A stretch of DNA of 59,865 nucleotides, filler included, from Basidiobolus ranarum (GCA_040143965.1; 4 parts of 4 records of this genome joined end to end with filler, not necessarily neighbours in it); one strand, 5' to 3'; shown: positions 24,502 to 38,499, numbered from the whole stretch's first letter. Translations and numbers: made by a program. Notes: generated from the sequence alone by a model not told the origin.

Positions 24502-26529
24502 ATCAACCACTACTCTGACTCTGCCAACCATCCGGTTTCCATCGTATTATAGCACATCTTTTATATATATGTCGATTGGGTTTGAACTAATAAACTGACT
24601 TTGGAAATCTACCAGTGTATTAATACCCCATATCTCATAACAGACAGTAAGCTAAAATATACTCACCAATCTATGGTGGATATTAGTCTTTGACTACGAC
24701 TCTAATAGCTACGTAAACTGACCCACTCAATTCATTTATTACCTTACATCATTCTGCATTGTAAGCTAGTTACCAACTGTATCTCTTGAGAAAGTAGTGT
24801 AAAGGTTGAGGTGCACTTCTTAGCCAATGAATAGCGGTCAGGGAGCGTCGTAATCCTTATGGTAACGGTATGTAACCGAGTTTCTTTTCAAAGTTGCATT
24901 TTAGCAGAGAACATTTCTCACAATTATTTGGTTGAAATCTATTTGCTATAAAACATATTAGAAGACCGAAAAGGTTTGGAGTGTGTGAGAACATTTGTCA
25001 TGCCGGTGATTTTTTTCTTTAGGTTTTATTCAGTCTTTATCTATTTCCCTATGTTCTTGGACAAAGTTTGAGTAAGTCAATGAAACCATTCCACTACATA
25101 TATCATCATTATGACTTCTATCTTATGTTTATCTCAATGGTGGCTGAATTGTGCTATTTTATTTATCCATCACAAGCTGTGAATCTCTAGGATTTGATTT
25201 CCAGATGTCGTTCAATAAGTGTTATTGAGGCTTTTGAAAGTATACGTTACTTGGCACTAATTCATTGAATGTCTGTAGATGAAAATACCAAATATTGTCG
25301 TTCATTGACCTACCCCACCCTCACCTCGACTTCTGCAAAGTACCTGGTACCACAGGAAAGACCCAGAGTTTTTATGCCTTTAAAGGGTATTCTGTATCCT
25401 GTTAATTTATCATGAGATTAACTTCATTGCTGATTTTCCATCTGGCATTCACTACATCTCAAAATTTTATATGTCACGCCTAGACATTGTATGCAATACC
25501 TAATCAAGCAACTCGTTTGCAATTAATAAACTTTTAGACATTGCTTGCGTAAATCTCCTTCAGTATTCAATATAGCGTTCTGATCGATGTTGTATTTGTA
25601 AGAATAGCATCACTTCTTCCTGAAACTCATGTCAAGTATGATGTTGGAATGAATTGGAAGAAACCCACTCGCAAATTTCTTGTCAAACAAATATGGACAC
25701 GACGCCAAATAGCAATCTGCCTAATCATATGACATTTGTCAAGTGCATGTCTTATCAGGCATTCAACATTATTGACTTTCTTGCTTCTATCTGTACTGAT
25801 AGAATAAACTCGGCTATTCTAATTAATATCTTTATATCCTTGGCTATATAGGACAGCAATATTTCAAATGGTATCACCCGATATTCAGGATGCTCTGAAT
25901 CAAAGACACCTGTTGATTCTGTTGTGTACGTAAGATCACCATGGGGATTCCCCAAATGGCCTTAGACTTCATAAATAGTACTTGGCTGTAGCCGATGGGC
26001 CTGATCTGATCATATGGTAAAATTCTGACTCCACTTATATGGTGACCAATCTTCAGCTCATGGAATCGGCATGCTAACCACCAAAGCACGAATTCTAGAT
26101 TATCACACAAGGTAATGTGAGGTTATGACGCAGATCTAATCACTCCAGCAAACTCAGGAACGATCGGTGCGCACGTGCTGACAATATGATTAGCATTTCC
26201 TTTTGAGGTTCTCAAAAAAAATGAGTTGACTGGGCACCGCAGCTTCCCTAATCAATGGATCTTACTCGTCAAAGCTAATACTTATAGCCCCAATCCACAT
26301 CTGATATAATCTCGGATTGTGCAAAGCATCAAGTTATCTATGCATTCAGCTATGAGTCAAAACGAATCACTATCAATCAACCTCCTTCATTCGAGGAAGA
26401 TGCTTTGACGGATGCCTATTGGCCGATTTGAATTTAACTTTTTCTACCATTTATTGTCCACCAGTGCAACCAACTTGTCTACAGCCACCTTTTGTCGTCT
26501 TTGCTTTAGTATCCTTCCTTGTTGACAAT

Positions 26530-28153
26530 ATGAAATATAGATCCACCCGTGGTCAATCTTCCGGTCTTTCTTTTGAGGATACTGTCCTTACCGGTCTAGC
26601 CCCGGATGGTGGTCTCTTTATTCCTCACGAGATTCCTACTCTCCCTGAGAACTTTCTCTCTGAGTGGGCCAATCTTTCTTTCCAAGAGCTAGCCGTCAAA
26701 ATCTTGTCCTTATTTATTGACTCCTCCGAAATACCAACCGAAGATCTTGAGAAACTGATCGAGAAGAGCTATTCTACCTTCCGTCACCCTGAAGTTGCTC
26801 CAATCCACAAAATTCGTGAACGCTTGTATATTCTCGAACTTTTCCATGGGCCTACTTTTGCTTTCAAAGATGTCGCCCTTCAGTTCTTAGGAAACTTGTT
26901 CGAATACTTTTTGGAAAGAAAAAATCGTAACCTTAAAGAAGGTGAAGAGCCACACTTTATTACCGTAGTTGGTGCTACTAGTGGTGACACTGGTAGTGCT
27001 GCTATTTACGGTCTTAGAGGCAAGAAGAATGTCTCAGTGTTTATTCTCCACCCTCGTGGCCGTGTTTCTCCTATTCAAGAAGCTCAAATGACCACTGTGC
27101 TTGACAAGAATGTACATAACTTTGCCGTAGAAGGAACTTTCGATGATTGCCAAGTAAGATACTTCCGTTATATTATCATTTATCACTCTATATCTAACCC
27201 TACGTAACTTAAAGGATATCGTCAAAGCTTTGTTTAGCGAACCTGAATTCAAAAAGGAATATAGACTTGGTGCTATCAACTCTATCAATTGGGCTCGTAT
27301 TCTTGCTCAAATTGTCTATTACTTTTACTCTTACTTCTCTCTTCTTCGTGATCTTAAGATTTCACCCAACTCTGAGGAAGCCAAAACTGTCAAAGTTCAA
27401 TTTTCGGTACCTACTGGAAACTTTGGTGATATTCTTGCTGGGTACTATGCTTACCGCATGGGACTTCCTATTGACAATTTACTTATTGCCACAAACAGTA
27501 ATGATATCCTGTATCGCTTCTATGAAACTGGCTCATATGAAAAACAAGAAGGTGACCAAGGTGGTGTCAAAGAGACTCTTAGCCCAGCTATGGATATTCT
27601 TATTAGCTCCAACTTCGAGCGGCTTTTGTGGTATCTCTCTCGTGAATGTGAAGTAGCCGACTCATCCAGTTCCTCCGCTGATCAAGATGCTGGAGATATT
27701 ATTTTCAAGTGGATGAAAGAACTAAAGGAAAATGGACGTATGAGTGTCAAACCTGAATCCTTAGCTAAATTCAAGGAAGTATTCACCTCTAGAATGGTAA
27801 ATGATGATGACACCATTGACACTATCAAACAGTATTATCAGCCTAGTGATGAAGCAACATCGCCCTATATTTTGGACCCCCATACTGCCGTTGGAATTCA
27901 CGCATGTGAATCGGTAAAATCGCAGTTTAGTGATCACTATACCGTGTCTCTTTCTACCGCGCACCCAGCCAAGTTTTCGGAAGCAGTTGAAAAAGCTCTT
28001 TTAGGCACAAATAACTTCACTTTTGAATCGGTATTGCCTAAAGAATTCATTGGTCTACTTGAGAAGGAAAGAAGATGCATACATATCAAGGAAAATACTG
28101 CAGAAGCAGTCAAACGGGTGCTCGTTGAGCAATTAAAGAAAGACCTGCAATAG
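26530..28153 (+). CDS. THR4: Threonine synthase
   Basis: Exons 26530-27153 and 27215-28153. Motifs MKYRSTRG, GLAPDGGLF, PLP-lysine motif FHGPTFAFKD, ATSGDTG, NSINWAR, VPTGNFGD and STAHPAKF. Confidence 0.96.
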
Positions 28154-29368
28154 GAACCTAGCCTTTCATAACATTAACCTCGATCATCCATATCATACCC
28201 ACATTGCACTATTTATCCTATACATAATAAATTTTCCATTTCAATATCATTAATTGAACACGAATAAGATTAGCGATATTTGAATCTATCATGCGCTGTA
28301 CCTTTTTGTGGAGCTAACTTTATTCGCTTAAATACCTTACTCTGGTACCTTGACCCAACGACGCAGCATATGTTGAGATTAGGATATATATATATACGCC
28401 TATCGTCATAGCATTTATTTATCATTTTTTTGACCATGGTATTTAAAAGGTGTAGACCTGAGAAGATTCATTGGTGTAACAGTCCTTAACAAACAAGTGA
28501 CAACTGTACACGGATCGATTACACAAATGAAGTGTCCAGAAAACCCATATCCTATTCCAAAGTCTGAGTAAATGAAAATACCACTAATATCATATATTAT
28601 TCAGCAATAAATATACCAACTTTCGATCATTTATTCTCCGCCTGAATCCGGCTTGTTGCAGATACTGTAAGTTTAAAAGTTAATGGCACAAGCTAGACTC
28701 AATGAGGCGTCATGATAGATTAGCAGTGGATGCATGAAATATAGCATTTCGGTTAATCCTAATTTTCTTACCTGGCTTCCCTTAGATACCCTAACCTGAT
28801 ATACAGCACCCAGTTTTTCACTTCGAGATAATAGCTGCTATTCAGGCAGACCGATACTAATACTAGTTTCAACATTACAAAGTTCGTGCTTATTAGGTGA
28901 CCTTTTGTAAGAAGCGCCTACATTGTCCAAGATATCCCTGAACCTGGTACTCAATACACTATTATTTGGCCATCTGAGTTCTTAGTTTCTTCTATCTATG
29001 GGGAGTTTTAAATTACCCCACTGTGTGGAGATAAGAAACGGTGGTTGAAATGATTTACAGTGACAGGCAGATGATTGGCTGGAATAGCGATTACTAATAC
29101 AATCCAAAGTTATCACTAAGTGAATCCTAACAACCCGAGATTTGCAGGTACTATGCGTAATGTTTGGTAAAATAAGAACAAAGATGATTGGTCACTGAGA
29201 GCTATGATGCTGACAAAACGGTGGTCTCGGCTACTAAAGATATCAACCGAGGTTGAATATATAGAGGAGGTATTTCGCATTTGTTCTGAACGTTCCTTTT
29301 ACCTAGCATTTCGCAGGTACTTCTTGCTTTTACACCAACTCCTTAGCATCTTCCTTCATTCTTACATC

Positions 29369-29919
29369 ATGCTGGATTTCCCTAACGCCAGAGTGGAGCA
29401 GTACGTCGGTACACAATCTTTCATGCCAACCAGGGAAGCCATTGTGTCAATCGATCTCAAAGTCGAAAATGCAAGTGAAAAACGAAAAGAGATTTGGAGG
29501 GCCTTTAACGACACTTACACTCTATACGAAGATCTTTTTGACTCCATTACTGATAAAGCACACTATGTGCGCGCTGATCCACTTAGACATCCATTAATAT
29601 TTTATCTGGGCCACACTGCTGCTTTCTTCATTAACAAGCTAGTCCTGGCAAAAATCTTGAAGTATAATGAACGTATCGATCCCAGTCTGGAATCATTGGT
29701 CTCTGTTGGGGTTGACGAAATGTCTTGGTGAGTTTCGGTGCCAAATTGTTTCCTAACATAGTCTTGATATATAACACGCACCATTTCCTTCAATTGTATA
29801 TAGGGATGATCTTCTTTCCGACGACTACTCTTGGCCAACATTAGAGAGTATTCGTAGCTTTCGTTCGCAAGTACGTTCCCTCGTTTCCGAGGTGATTCTA
29901 GAAAGACTGCCCTTGAATG
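29369..29919 (+). CDS. ovoA: OvoA-type 5-histidylcysteine sulfoxide synthase (ovothiol biosynthesis), N-terminal part; cut by contig end
   Basis: Exons 29369-29727 and 29804-29919 (intron GTGAGT...TAG). The protein KRKEIWRAFNDTYTLYEDLF...LRHPLIFYLGHTAAFFINKL...VGVDEMSWDDL...YSWPT matches the recalled N-terminal DinB-like region of OvoA. Confidence 0.85.
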
Positions 29920-30019
29920 NNNNNNNNNNNNNNNNNNNNNNNNNNNNNNNNNNNNNNNNNNNNTTAATTAATTAANNNNNNNNNNNNNNNNNNNNNNNNN
30001 NNNNNNNNNNNNNNNNNNN
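29920..30019. other. Artificial contig spacer
   Basis: N44-TTAATTAATTAA-N44. Confidence 0.98.
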
Positions 30020-31095
30020 TCTCCGGACTTTGGAAGGAGAACTTCAATGGTACAATAAACGGGTGGTTTATCTGACCTAGAACTGTTCTTTCTGCTAGAG
30101 TATGCGTTACTTCATCACGGGAGACTATTTTTGATTTGTTGAGAATCTTCATAGCATAAATCCGGTTTGTATCACGCTTACGAACTTGCATCACCTTTTT
30201 ACAACGGTCCAATGCGTCAATAAGTAGACGATGCGAATACATTTGTGTACATCCAAACTCTCACCTTTCCAAAACTTCCTTTTCCAATCACTTTGAGAAG
30301 GTCGAACTCATCAATGGAGAGTGGAGTTGTTCTCTGTGATCCATAGCAAGGTTAACATAATACACCAGGGCCACGACAAGAAGTACCATACCTCGGTTTT
30401 TTTGTAACACATTTGTACCCTGATATGCCCTGACCCGCCAGCAAGGGGAAACCACTCATCTTGTAATCTCTAATAATGATATTAGCTCGTTTGAAGTGAT
30501 TTAGCGCTGAATCCAATGAAATTCAAACATACTCCACTAAACTCGGGATTAAGAATCACTGCCCCTAGAAATACAGATTTACCGGAAGTCATCTTTGGGT
30601 CTTCAGTACGAGTGTAAATGGACACTGCAACCTCGCTCTCACGAGATACATCGCTAAATTTTGTTTGTCATGATTAGTACGAATCAAATCAGTGGTTTCA
30701 TTAACACAATATGTTATTGGCAGAAATGAAACTTACAAGTTAGCTTTGTACTTCCAGACCGGGTTCTCTAACTCTCCGCCCAGGGCTTCGATCAACAAGT
30801 CATTTCTGTCATACTCCAAGACAACGTATGGTAGTCTCCAGCTTTCTATTCGTCCGGTTGGGAAAGCAACTTCTGCCGGAAAGCGTAGGTTTTTTGCCTC
30901 TACTACTCGAATCAATAATGTCCCAGAATTGGGGCTTTTCTGTTGAGTAGGCGCTAAATTCGGTGCTGACACTACAGGAACAGGCGCTTCTTTATTTTCT
31001 AAAATAGAAGTGAATAACAATTAGATTACTCCTTATATATGGCATGAAGTACGAAAAGATGAAATACTTTTAAACCCAGTAATCTTCCAAGACAT
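30020..31095 (-). CDS. YPK1: Ypk1/Gad8-like AGC Ser/Thr kinase, 5' part (cut by contig edge)
   Basis: MSWKIT start, C2-like region (LLIRVVEAKNL, PYVVLEYD), then FDLLKVIGKGSFGK, VMQVRKRDTNRIYAMK and HTLAERTVL...HPFIVPLKFSFQS across several GT-AG introns. Confidence 0.92.
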
Positions 31096-32210
31096 GACTT
31101 TTCTAACGTATATGTATTAAGTGGCTATGTGAGATATGGGTCAAGTTCAGCTCAACCGTTGACTGCGAATGTTGCTAGCAATAAAGTTATGTTTGTGAGA
31201 GAGTACGAAATCAACGCTAAACGTGGACCAGGTATAATAGTGATAACTTCCACTCGAAAAGCCCAAGAAACAAGCTCGAAAAATTAAGAAACAATCAAAG
31301 ACCTATGGATGTAGTTTCTATAAACTCCCAATTATCAAGGTAGGAGTGGAAATCTAAGCATTGACTGTAATTAAGTTTCGGTACTTGTATTCAATAAATA
31401 TTGGGATTTTCTTTAAATGGATCCTTTGTCTCCTTTAGTGAATTGGAGCCCATTTTATTAATCTCCAGTGAGTTTCCGGACCCCTAATTGGGAAGCCATA
31501 CCATTGGATGTTGTGTGAGAATGGTGTCAAGTAGCTTTGACGTGATAGGCCTCATTTGGCTGTGCCACCAGTTCATTCAATTCAACACTTCACATAGCTT
31601 GGTCCTGATATAGACATCGAATTGTGAGAGATAATTGAGATATGTTTGGAAAGTCTCATTTGCAAAACACAGATGCATCAGGTATCCGTGGTGAGAGGTG
31701 TCCATCCTGGTAACCAACATGCAATCCATTCATATTCTGCAGAGGTGACTTCTGCGCATAGTGGGCTGATATCTTCGCTTTTGAAGTGTTGCATCTCACT
31801 ACTCTTCTTGGGTTATACTGATCCATCAGCGCATATATTTGTAATCACTGTGTGCATTATTGGTGTTTCGAATATTTACCTCGTCATAGACACAAAATTT
31901 GCCTTGTATTGCAGAGCTTGAATGAATTCTAGAGTAGTCCGATTCAATACTAGGTCCATTGAACACTCTCACTGGATGGAAGGGTCTTTTGTAGATAGGT
32001 TTACTTTTTCGGACTCTATGGCATTTGGGTGATATATTCTATGAAAGTAATAGCATTTGAATTTATCATAAATCCACTGTATGTAGTTAAAAATAGCCTC
32101 AATCATATTGATATGGATAATTTAGAACATCTCGATTCGTATTATGCTGCAATACCGATCTTCCTTCTCAGATATCTATAACCGCTTGTTCAATACTGTT
32201 TATTTGCAAC

Positions 32211-33459
32211 ATGGAACTTCAGAAATATAACCGTTTATTGTTAGTTTTTGTTCACGGTTTCAAGGGTGACGAAAAAACCTTTCAGGTATTTATCTTCTCA
32301 TTCTTCCACCTCCCCCACATAAGGCCATAGCTTAATACCATCTTCAATAGGATTTCCCGGAGCGTTTAAGAGCAGTTTTAACTAACACTCTCGCGGCCAC
32401 CGATGTGGACGTTGCTATATATCCTCGTTATGAAACGAGGGGAGACTTGAAAACTGCCGCCAATAATTTATGTAGCTGGTTAATAGAAACTGGGGAGAAT
32501 CGCGCAGACCAAGGTCTTCCTCCACCGATGATCGTACTCCTAGGGCATTCCATGGGTGGTCTGTTAGGTGGGACACTAACTATACACATGCATCTTATCC
32601 ACTTGATATACTAAAACATTGCCCTCTTTTCAGTTGCCGATGCATATTTCAACCTCAGAGAGGCAAGCATCAATGCTTCTGAAGAGAAAAGAAAAAATAT
32701 GCCAAAGGTGATAGGGATTTTGAGTTTCGATACCCCTTACTATGGGGTAGAGGGGAATTTATTTGCAGAAACCGCCAGAACGAGAGCCACTGACCTTCAA
32801 AGCAAATATAGTTCTACTATATCGTTTGTATCTACTTTGGCTGCTGCTGCTAAATCAGCCACCACCAGCACAACAGTTACTACAAAGGCTGTGACCAATA
32901 GCGCCCCCACATCCGGCTCGAAGCTTAAGTGGGGTGTTTTTGGTGCAGTAGCAGCGGCTACCGCAGCTGCAGGCGCTACTGCATATTGGCAAAGAGAAAA
33001 GTTACAGAATGGTGTCGATTACGTAACAAGTCATTTAGAATTTGTAAAGGCATTGACTCAACAAGATCAGCTAAATGACAGGTAACCTTGAGTATGCTGT
33101 GAAGGGAGTAAAGCGCACTAAGTTCACATTGATTTATCTAGAGTTCAAAAGTTAAAAGAATTGTCTAATGAGATAATATTTCATTGCTATTACATGCAGG
33201 TAAGTTACTTTACTTATTTGTTTGGATAAGAACTCACATAAAACCTGTTCAGATCCAAGGAAATACTGGCTATATGAGAACATTTATTGTTCCTCCACCA
33301 GAAACCACTGCAGAGTTCTTCACTCCCATTAAGTCTACTGCAACGGATGAGGTTGATGCTCACACCTCTATGTTTAATCCAAATGCCAATCCTGACTACT
33401 ATTCACTTGGTGATGCCAGTATTAAGCTCATCACTGCAATGGTTCGGAATCATACCTAG
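32211..33459 (+). CDS. Alpha/beta-hydrolase (DUF676-like putative serine esterase)
   Basis: LVFVHGFKG, nucleophile elbow GHSMGG, FDTPYYG, and C-terminal RTFI...EVDAHTSMF. About 5 exons. Confidence 0.85.
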
Positions 33460-34131
33460 AAATACCGGTGGAGTAAACTCAAGCCCTACCCATGAGCACT
33501 CCATCTTTTAACGCCACCTTCAATGAAGGTATACCACTAAATCCTTTACAAAATGCTCATGAACGTAGTCCTCAATATCCTCTTCTAATCATGGTACTAC
33601 TAAAAGGGGTAAATTTTAGTAAATATACTAGTAAATAAAAATCAAGTAGTGAGTCTCATTAAACAACGTCGTAAACATATATCCGTTTTTTTTCTGCGGT
33701 AGTAGTGTCCATTTTTTTGAGTGTTGTAAAGGTGGCTATAGCATGTTCAGCGGATATCCTTCCAAGAGAGTTGTAGACACATGAATTTCATTCGGTTAAT
33801 CAATGTAGTTCAATCTAGCTATACCGGTGATCTGCAATGAGCACAGCTGGATGATGCTAAGAAAGAATATTGCAAAGTACGGTATTCACATACAACCCAG
33901 TAGTTTCGCGTAATAGATCCACACTATATGATCACCGCCACTGCACGACACATCCATTTCTGAGATTAAAACATTCTATGGCATTATCTCGTAATTTGAT
34001 AGTTCTTATCCTTGATGTTTGGTTTATTTATGAATCACGCTATTTACGCGGGAATATTTTGTAAAAGACAGTATATTTCTGCATGTTTAAGGGTTAGGTT
34101 TGATTCTTGCATTTGAACATAATCAACGCTT

Positions 34132-35592
34132 TTAATCATCTAAGTTGCCCCAATGTTCACCATCGTTTTCATCAAGAGCATTGGGAATGTCGTTCAGATC
34201 TATGACCATAATTTCTTGAAGCGCTTTTTTGATGATGTCGATTCCCTCCAATAACTCTTCTTTGGTAATGCAAAGTGGTGGTGCCAGGCGAATGATGTTA
34301 TCATGTGTCGGTTTGGCTAGAAGCCCACGTTCTTTAAGGAGCAAGCATAGGTGCCATGCAGTTTTAGGTTTTGCTTTTTCCTGATCAATGACTATGGCGT
34401 TCAATAATCCACGCCCACGTACTGTGGAGACAATCGGACTATTAATTGCAGTTAGTTCTTTGCGGAATATTTCACCCAGCTCCTGGGCTTTTTGTACCAA
34501 GTTCTCTTCTTTGATGACCTCCAAGGCAGCTATAGCAACTGCACATCCCAACGGATTGCCACCGTAGGTACTGCCGTGCTCACCAGGCTTAATGCACAAC
34601 ATTATATTTTTGTCGGCTAGAACTGCACTGACGGGATATACACCACCGCTAAGAGCCTTACCCAGCAGCACTATGTCGGCACGAACACCGGAGTGGTCAA
34701 TACAAAGCATCTTACCTGTTCTAGCCAATCCTGTCTGAATCTCATCAGCTATAAACAATACATTATGCTTCTTGCATAATGCATAACATTTCTTTAAGTA
34801 ATCTTCGTCAGGCACCATAATTCCTGCCTCTCCTTGGATGGGCTCAACCAAAAAAGCCGCTACGTTCTTTCCATGTTTCTCTAATGCGGATTCCAAGTCT
34901 TCATAGCAGTTGAATTTTAATTCCTTTTTAGTCTTAGGACAGTAGGGCCCAACATTTGGTAAATAAGGCCCAAAGTCATTTCGGGCATCTTCATCTGTAG
35001 ACATTGAGATCACACCCACGGTACGACCATGGAAGTTATTGGTGCAGGATAAGATATAGGCTTGATTTTCAGGGATACCTTTGCGTTGGTAACCCCACTT
35101 GCGGGCCAATTTTATAGCAGTCTCGACAGCTTCAGCCCCGGTATTCATAGGTAAAACCATATCATAGCCAAAATACTCGGTTACGTACTTGGCATATTTA
35201 CCAAAGACATCATTATAGAATGCACGTGAACTTAAACAAAGCTTCTGTGCTTGGTCAGTTAAAGCTTTGACAATTTTGGGATGGCAATGGCCTACGTATG
35301 ATACGAATTGTTAGAACTCAGAATAGTAATAAATACGTCTACGCTTGATACCTTGGTTAACTGCAGAATAAGCAGACAAGAAATCGAAGTACTTTTTCCC
35401 TTCAGGATCCCAAACGAGAGCGCCTTTGGCCTTGGAAAAAACTACAGGTAAGGGGTGGTAGCTGGGTATTAAGTTAGTTGGTAAAGTATCTATGGATTAT
35501 GTAGTAGTATGTATATGAGCCTACTTATGAGCACCATAAGAGTTTTCGAGGGAAACCACTTCTTGTGAAGATAAATGAGAATTGTCAGCCAT
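34132..35592 (-). CDS. CAR2: Ornithine aminotransferase
   Basis: [66 protein letters not shown] and HGSTYGGNP. Two 5' introns. Confidence 0.96.
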
Positions 35593-36233
35593 GGTAAGTA
35601 TCTACAGTGTATTTGAGGAGTCGTTTAAAAGAAGTAGCAATAGACACAAGTGATATACCTTCACACTCTTCATTAATGAGGTTTTATATAATAACCCGCC
35701 CCCCTATTTTTTATGCGCTGATGATCCACCGGCATACCTGTCCTGCACCTTATATATTTATTTGTTCGAGTATGTGTAATCCGATGCGAAACAAAGCCAA
35801 TTGTTGTTTCCTGATTGGGTTTTGATGAGCCTGGTCATCTTACTAAAGTAAATCAGTCATTCATGTCAAGAACCACTCCACATAGGTTTATCGCGTAGGA
35901 TTTGGTCTGCAATAGATTACATGATCAACTGCAAATATCAACTTGACATGTTCTCGCTACAAACAAGACTGGGATTGACTACGCCCCTCAAATGCCTATG
36001 ACACAACAGGTGCAGTTACACAAGCGACCTACTCACCCCTGATCCAGTAACTTTGGCTAGAGAACTCATTCTTCCATTGTAAGGGGAATGGCATTGTTGC
36101 GGTCTATCGTCATTAAACAGAAACTTCAATAAAGATCGCTTACATCAGACCTACAGAAGAATTAATAACTCAATGCTATATCTGCAGGTTCTCAAGTTAC
36201 CCCTATTCAATATTAACCCATTCGAGCTACATA

Positions 36234-38040
36234 AACGAGCAAAAGATCACCAGATCTTTGTCTGAACTTGAGCTGTCGCCAAAAAACACCAGTGACGCCT
36301 GCTCTAAGGCCCTTAATCTTAACCGAATCTTTGCCAAACATCCCGTTACCAAAAGAGATGATCGGTGGCTTATTTTTATCCTGGTTAAATTTCTCTGGCT
36401 TCCAATATCTGTTGGTTCTAATAAAATAACACATGAATATATATGACTCTAATTTGAATAATTTACGAACCTACTTTGCACTTTCTTGTATTGATTGTTT
36501 GTTACTATCATTCCTTACGGCCTCTTTATTTTTTCTTCTCTTCCTTCTTCTCTTTCTACTCTTCTTTGTGTTTTTTCGCTTTGATTTGTTATACTTTCTA
36601 CCACCGTCTACTAAAATGTTTGTCATTTCTGCTCTTGCTCTTTGAACACCTTGGTACAGGTAGAAGCGGTTTTTAGCGGTTAAGCTACCATTGAAGCCCA
36701 GGATCTTGTCAAGGTTTAGCAGAATATAAGTGACATATTGAAGGTTAACTTTTACGAAAGATAACATCAGCGGCGCAGCTGTCAGTTCTGATTAAGTTTG
36801 AGAAAGCAAATTTTGTCTTCTTGTCTGGATCTTTTAGGTCTTGGAAGCTACTATACCCAAGAGCTTGGTTAGTAAGAATTTTTACATATTATGTGTCACA
36901 TATGCTCAAATATCTTACCTGTTTAGTCTGAGTTTCTTAAAATCAAACACCTTGTTAAACATTTCAAGTTTGACTTCGTATGTGACTGGGAATTTTATAC
37001 CAGCAAAAGCTGAAATAAAGTTTGGGCTGAGCGCTATGAACCTCCACTTCAGTGAAGGCACAGGACATAACGAAAACAAGCAAGGAGGTACTTATTTTTG
37101 CTCTTCATCTTGTTTTTTTCTTGTCCTTGCTGTTGTTCTTGTTGTTGGTGTTCGTTCCTTCTCATAAGTCTAGCCAACATGGGAATATACGCCCCAGGAG
37201 AGGTAAACAAGCGTTACAGGCTTAGGCATATCTGTTAACAGTAAATCGTTACATATCTCTTCAATAGCTGGTCTTTTATCGTTGTAGTCTTCAGGAAACG
37301 CATCTGGCCAGGCTGGACTTCCTCCACAAACGTATTGATAGCAGTATGAATGAACAATTTTCTTATGAGACCTTTGTTTGGCTAAATACAGAATGAATGG
37401 GTTATTTTGGAAATAGTAATAATATAATTTTGTATGTATATTTACCTTTTTGAATAATTTCATTATATCATACAATGGATGATTTAATTCTGGACTCGAA
37501 ACACTCTAAAATAGCGTTTGTGTAGACAGTAGCAGTTAGACAATTACCACTGACAGGTGTCATCTCATAAGTTACGTTGTATCTCGAAAAGAAGCTTTCC
37601 CAAAAGGTCAAACAGTCGTTTGGCATGGATTTTGTATTTTTTGGGTTTTTCTTAAAACTAACTGCGTTACGTAGTACCAAAAATTCTGTGTAAAGACTCT
37701 TTTGTCAGCAACTTGATCACAGTGTGTTACATAGTAGTTCACAAACAGTTGAGCACGTATCATTATGTTACGAATGTGCTCTGATACTAGTCGTACTTTG
37801 TCTGTGATGGGCGTCTTGTGTGCCGGCTTTAAGATCATATTCAACTTTATCTTTCTTGTTATGCTTGTGTGATTCCCCAGCAGTGCTTGTACTTCCTCTT
37901 GCTTAGTTAGCTTATGGTTTAGTCATTCTCTTGACCTTGAACTTTTATGACCACTTTGGTGACAGCTTGAGCATACAGCTACGCTCTCTACTTGTCACTA
38001 CCCTTTCATTTTGCATCAAGTCTTTGCCTTTTTGACTCAT
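36234..38040 (-). pseudogene. Degenerate Fanzor1 (eukaryotic TnpB-like RNA-guided nuclease) gene with introns
   Basis: Colinear fragments RKIKLNMIL, RAQLFVNYY, FTQNFWY, TVYTNAILECFESR, LFSLCPVPSLKWRFI, FSNLIRTD, RFYLYQGVQRARAEMTNILVDGGRKY and PIISFGNGMF...LRAGVTGVFWRQLKFRQRSGDLLLV resemble recalled fungal Fanzor1 proteins. It carries frameshifts and stops, and the RuvC catalytic motifs are missing. Confidence 0.75.
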
Positions 38041-38499
38041 TTTTTTCATATTCAGTAGGTCTTTTATGCTTTGTACCGACTATATTATGTACATGGGTAT
38101 TAGATGTTGCTATTACATCTTCTATGTGTCATGTACGTATATAAACGAATAAATATCTATATTTACCATGTGTCGACATTGATGCTAATATGTACAAAAC
38201 GTATTAAACTATATGTACGTATACTATGTATAATATCGTCTTTAAGTTTTACCTTGTTTCTCTTCTATCTCTCTTTTACGCTTCCATACCCTTTTTAGTA
38301 TATCATGGATTTCTTCTCTAAATATTTATTTTATAGGTAATTATATTATATTGCTAGAAAGTAAAAGAAAGTCAGGGAGAGTGAGGGAGGAATATAGAGA
38401 TATGAAGCTATATGGTAGACAGGAAAAAGCCACCGTTATTTCTATTTTGGGCTATTTTTTGAAACAGTCATCTTCAATAAATCATTTTTCTCCTTAAAC

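Noticed and set aside
24700-26150. Short minus-strand ORFs between RPN7 and THR4
   Set aside because: Possibly a decayed gene, but no recognisable family or consistent frame.
28766-28792. CTTACCTGGC resembling the U1 snRNA 5' end
   Set aside because: Downstream U1 stem-loops and Sm site are not recognisable.
29369-31095. Apparent convergent OvoA-YPK1 neighbourhood, and any cluster spanning spacers
   Set aside because: The genes are on different contigs joined only by size order.
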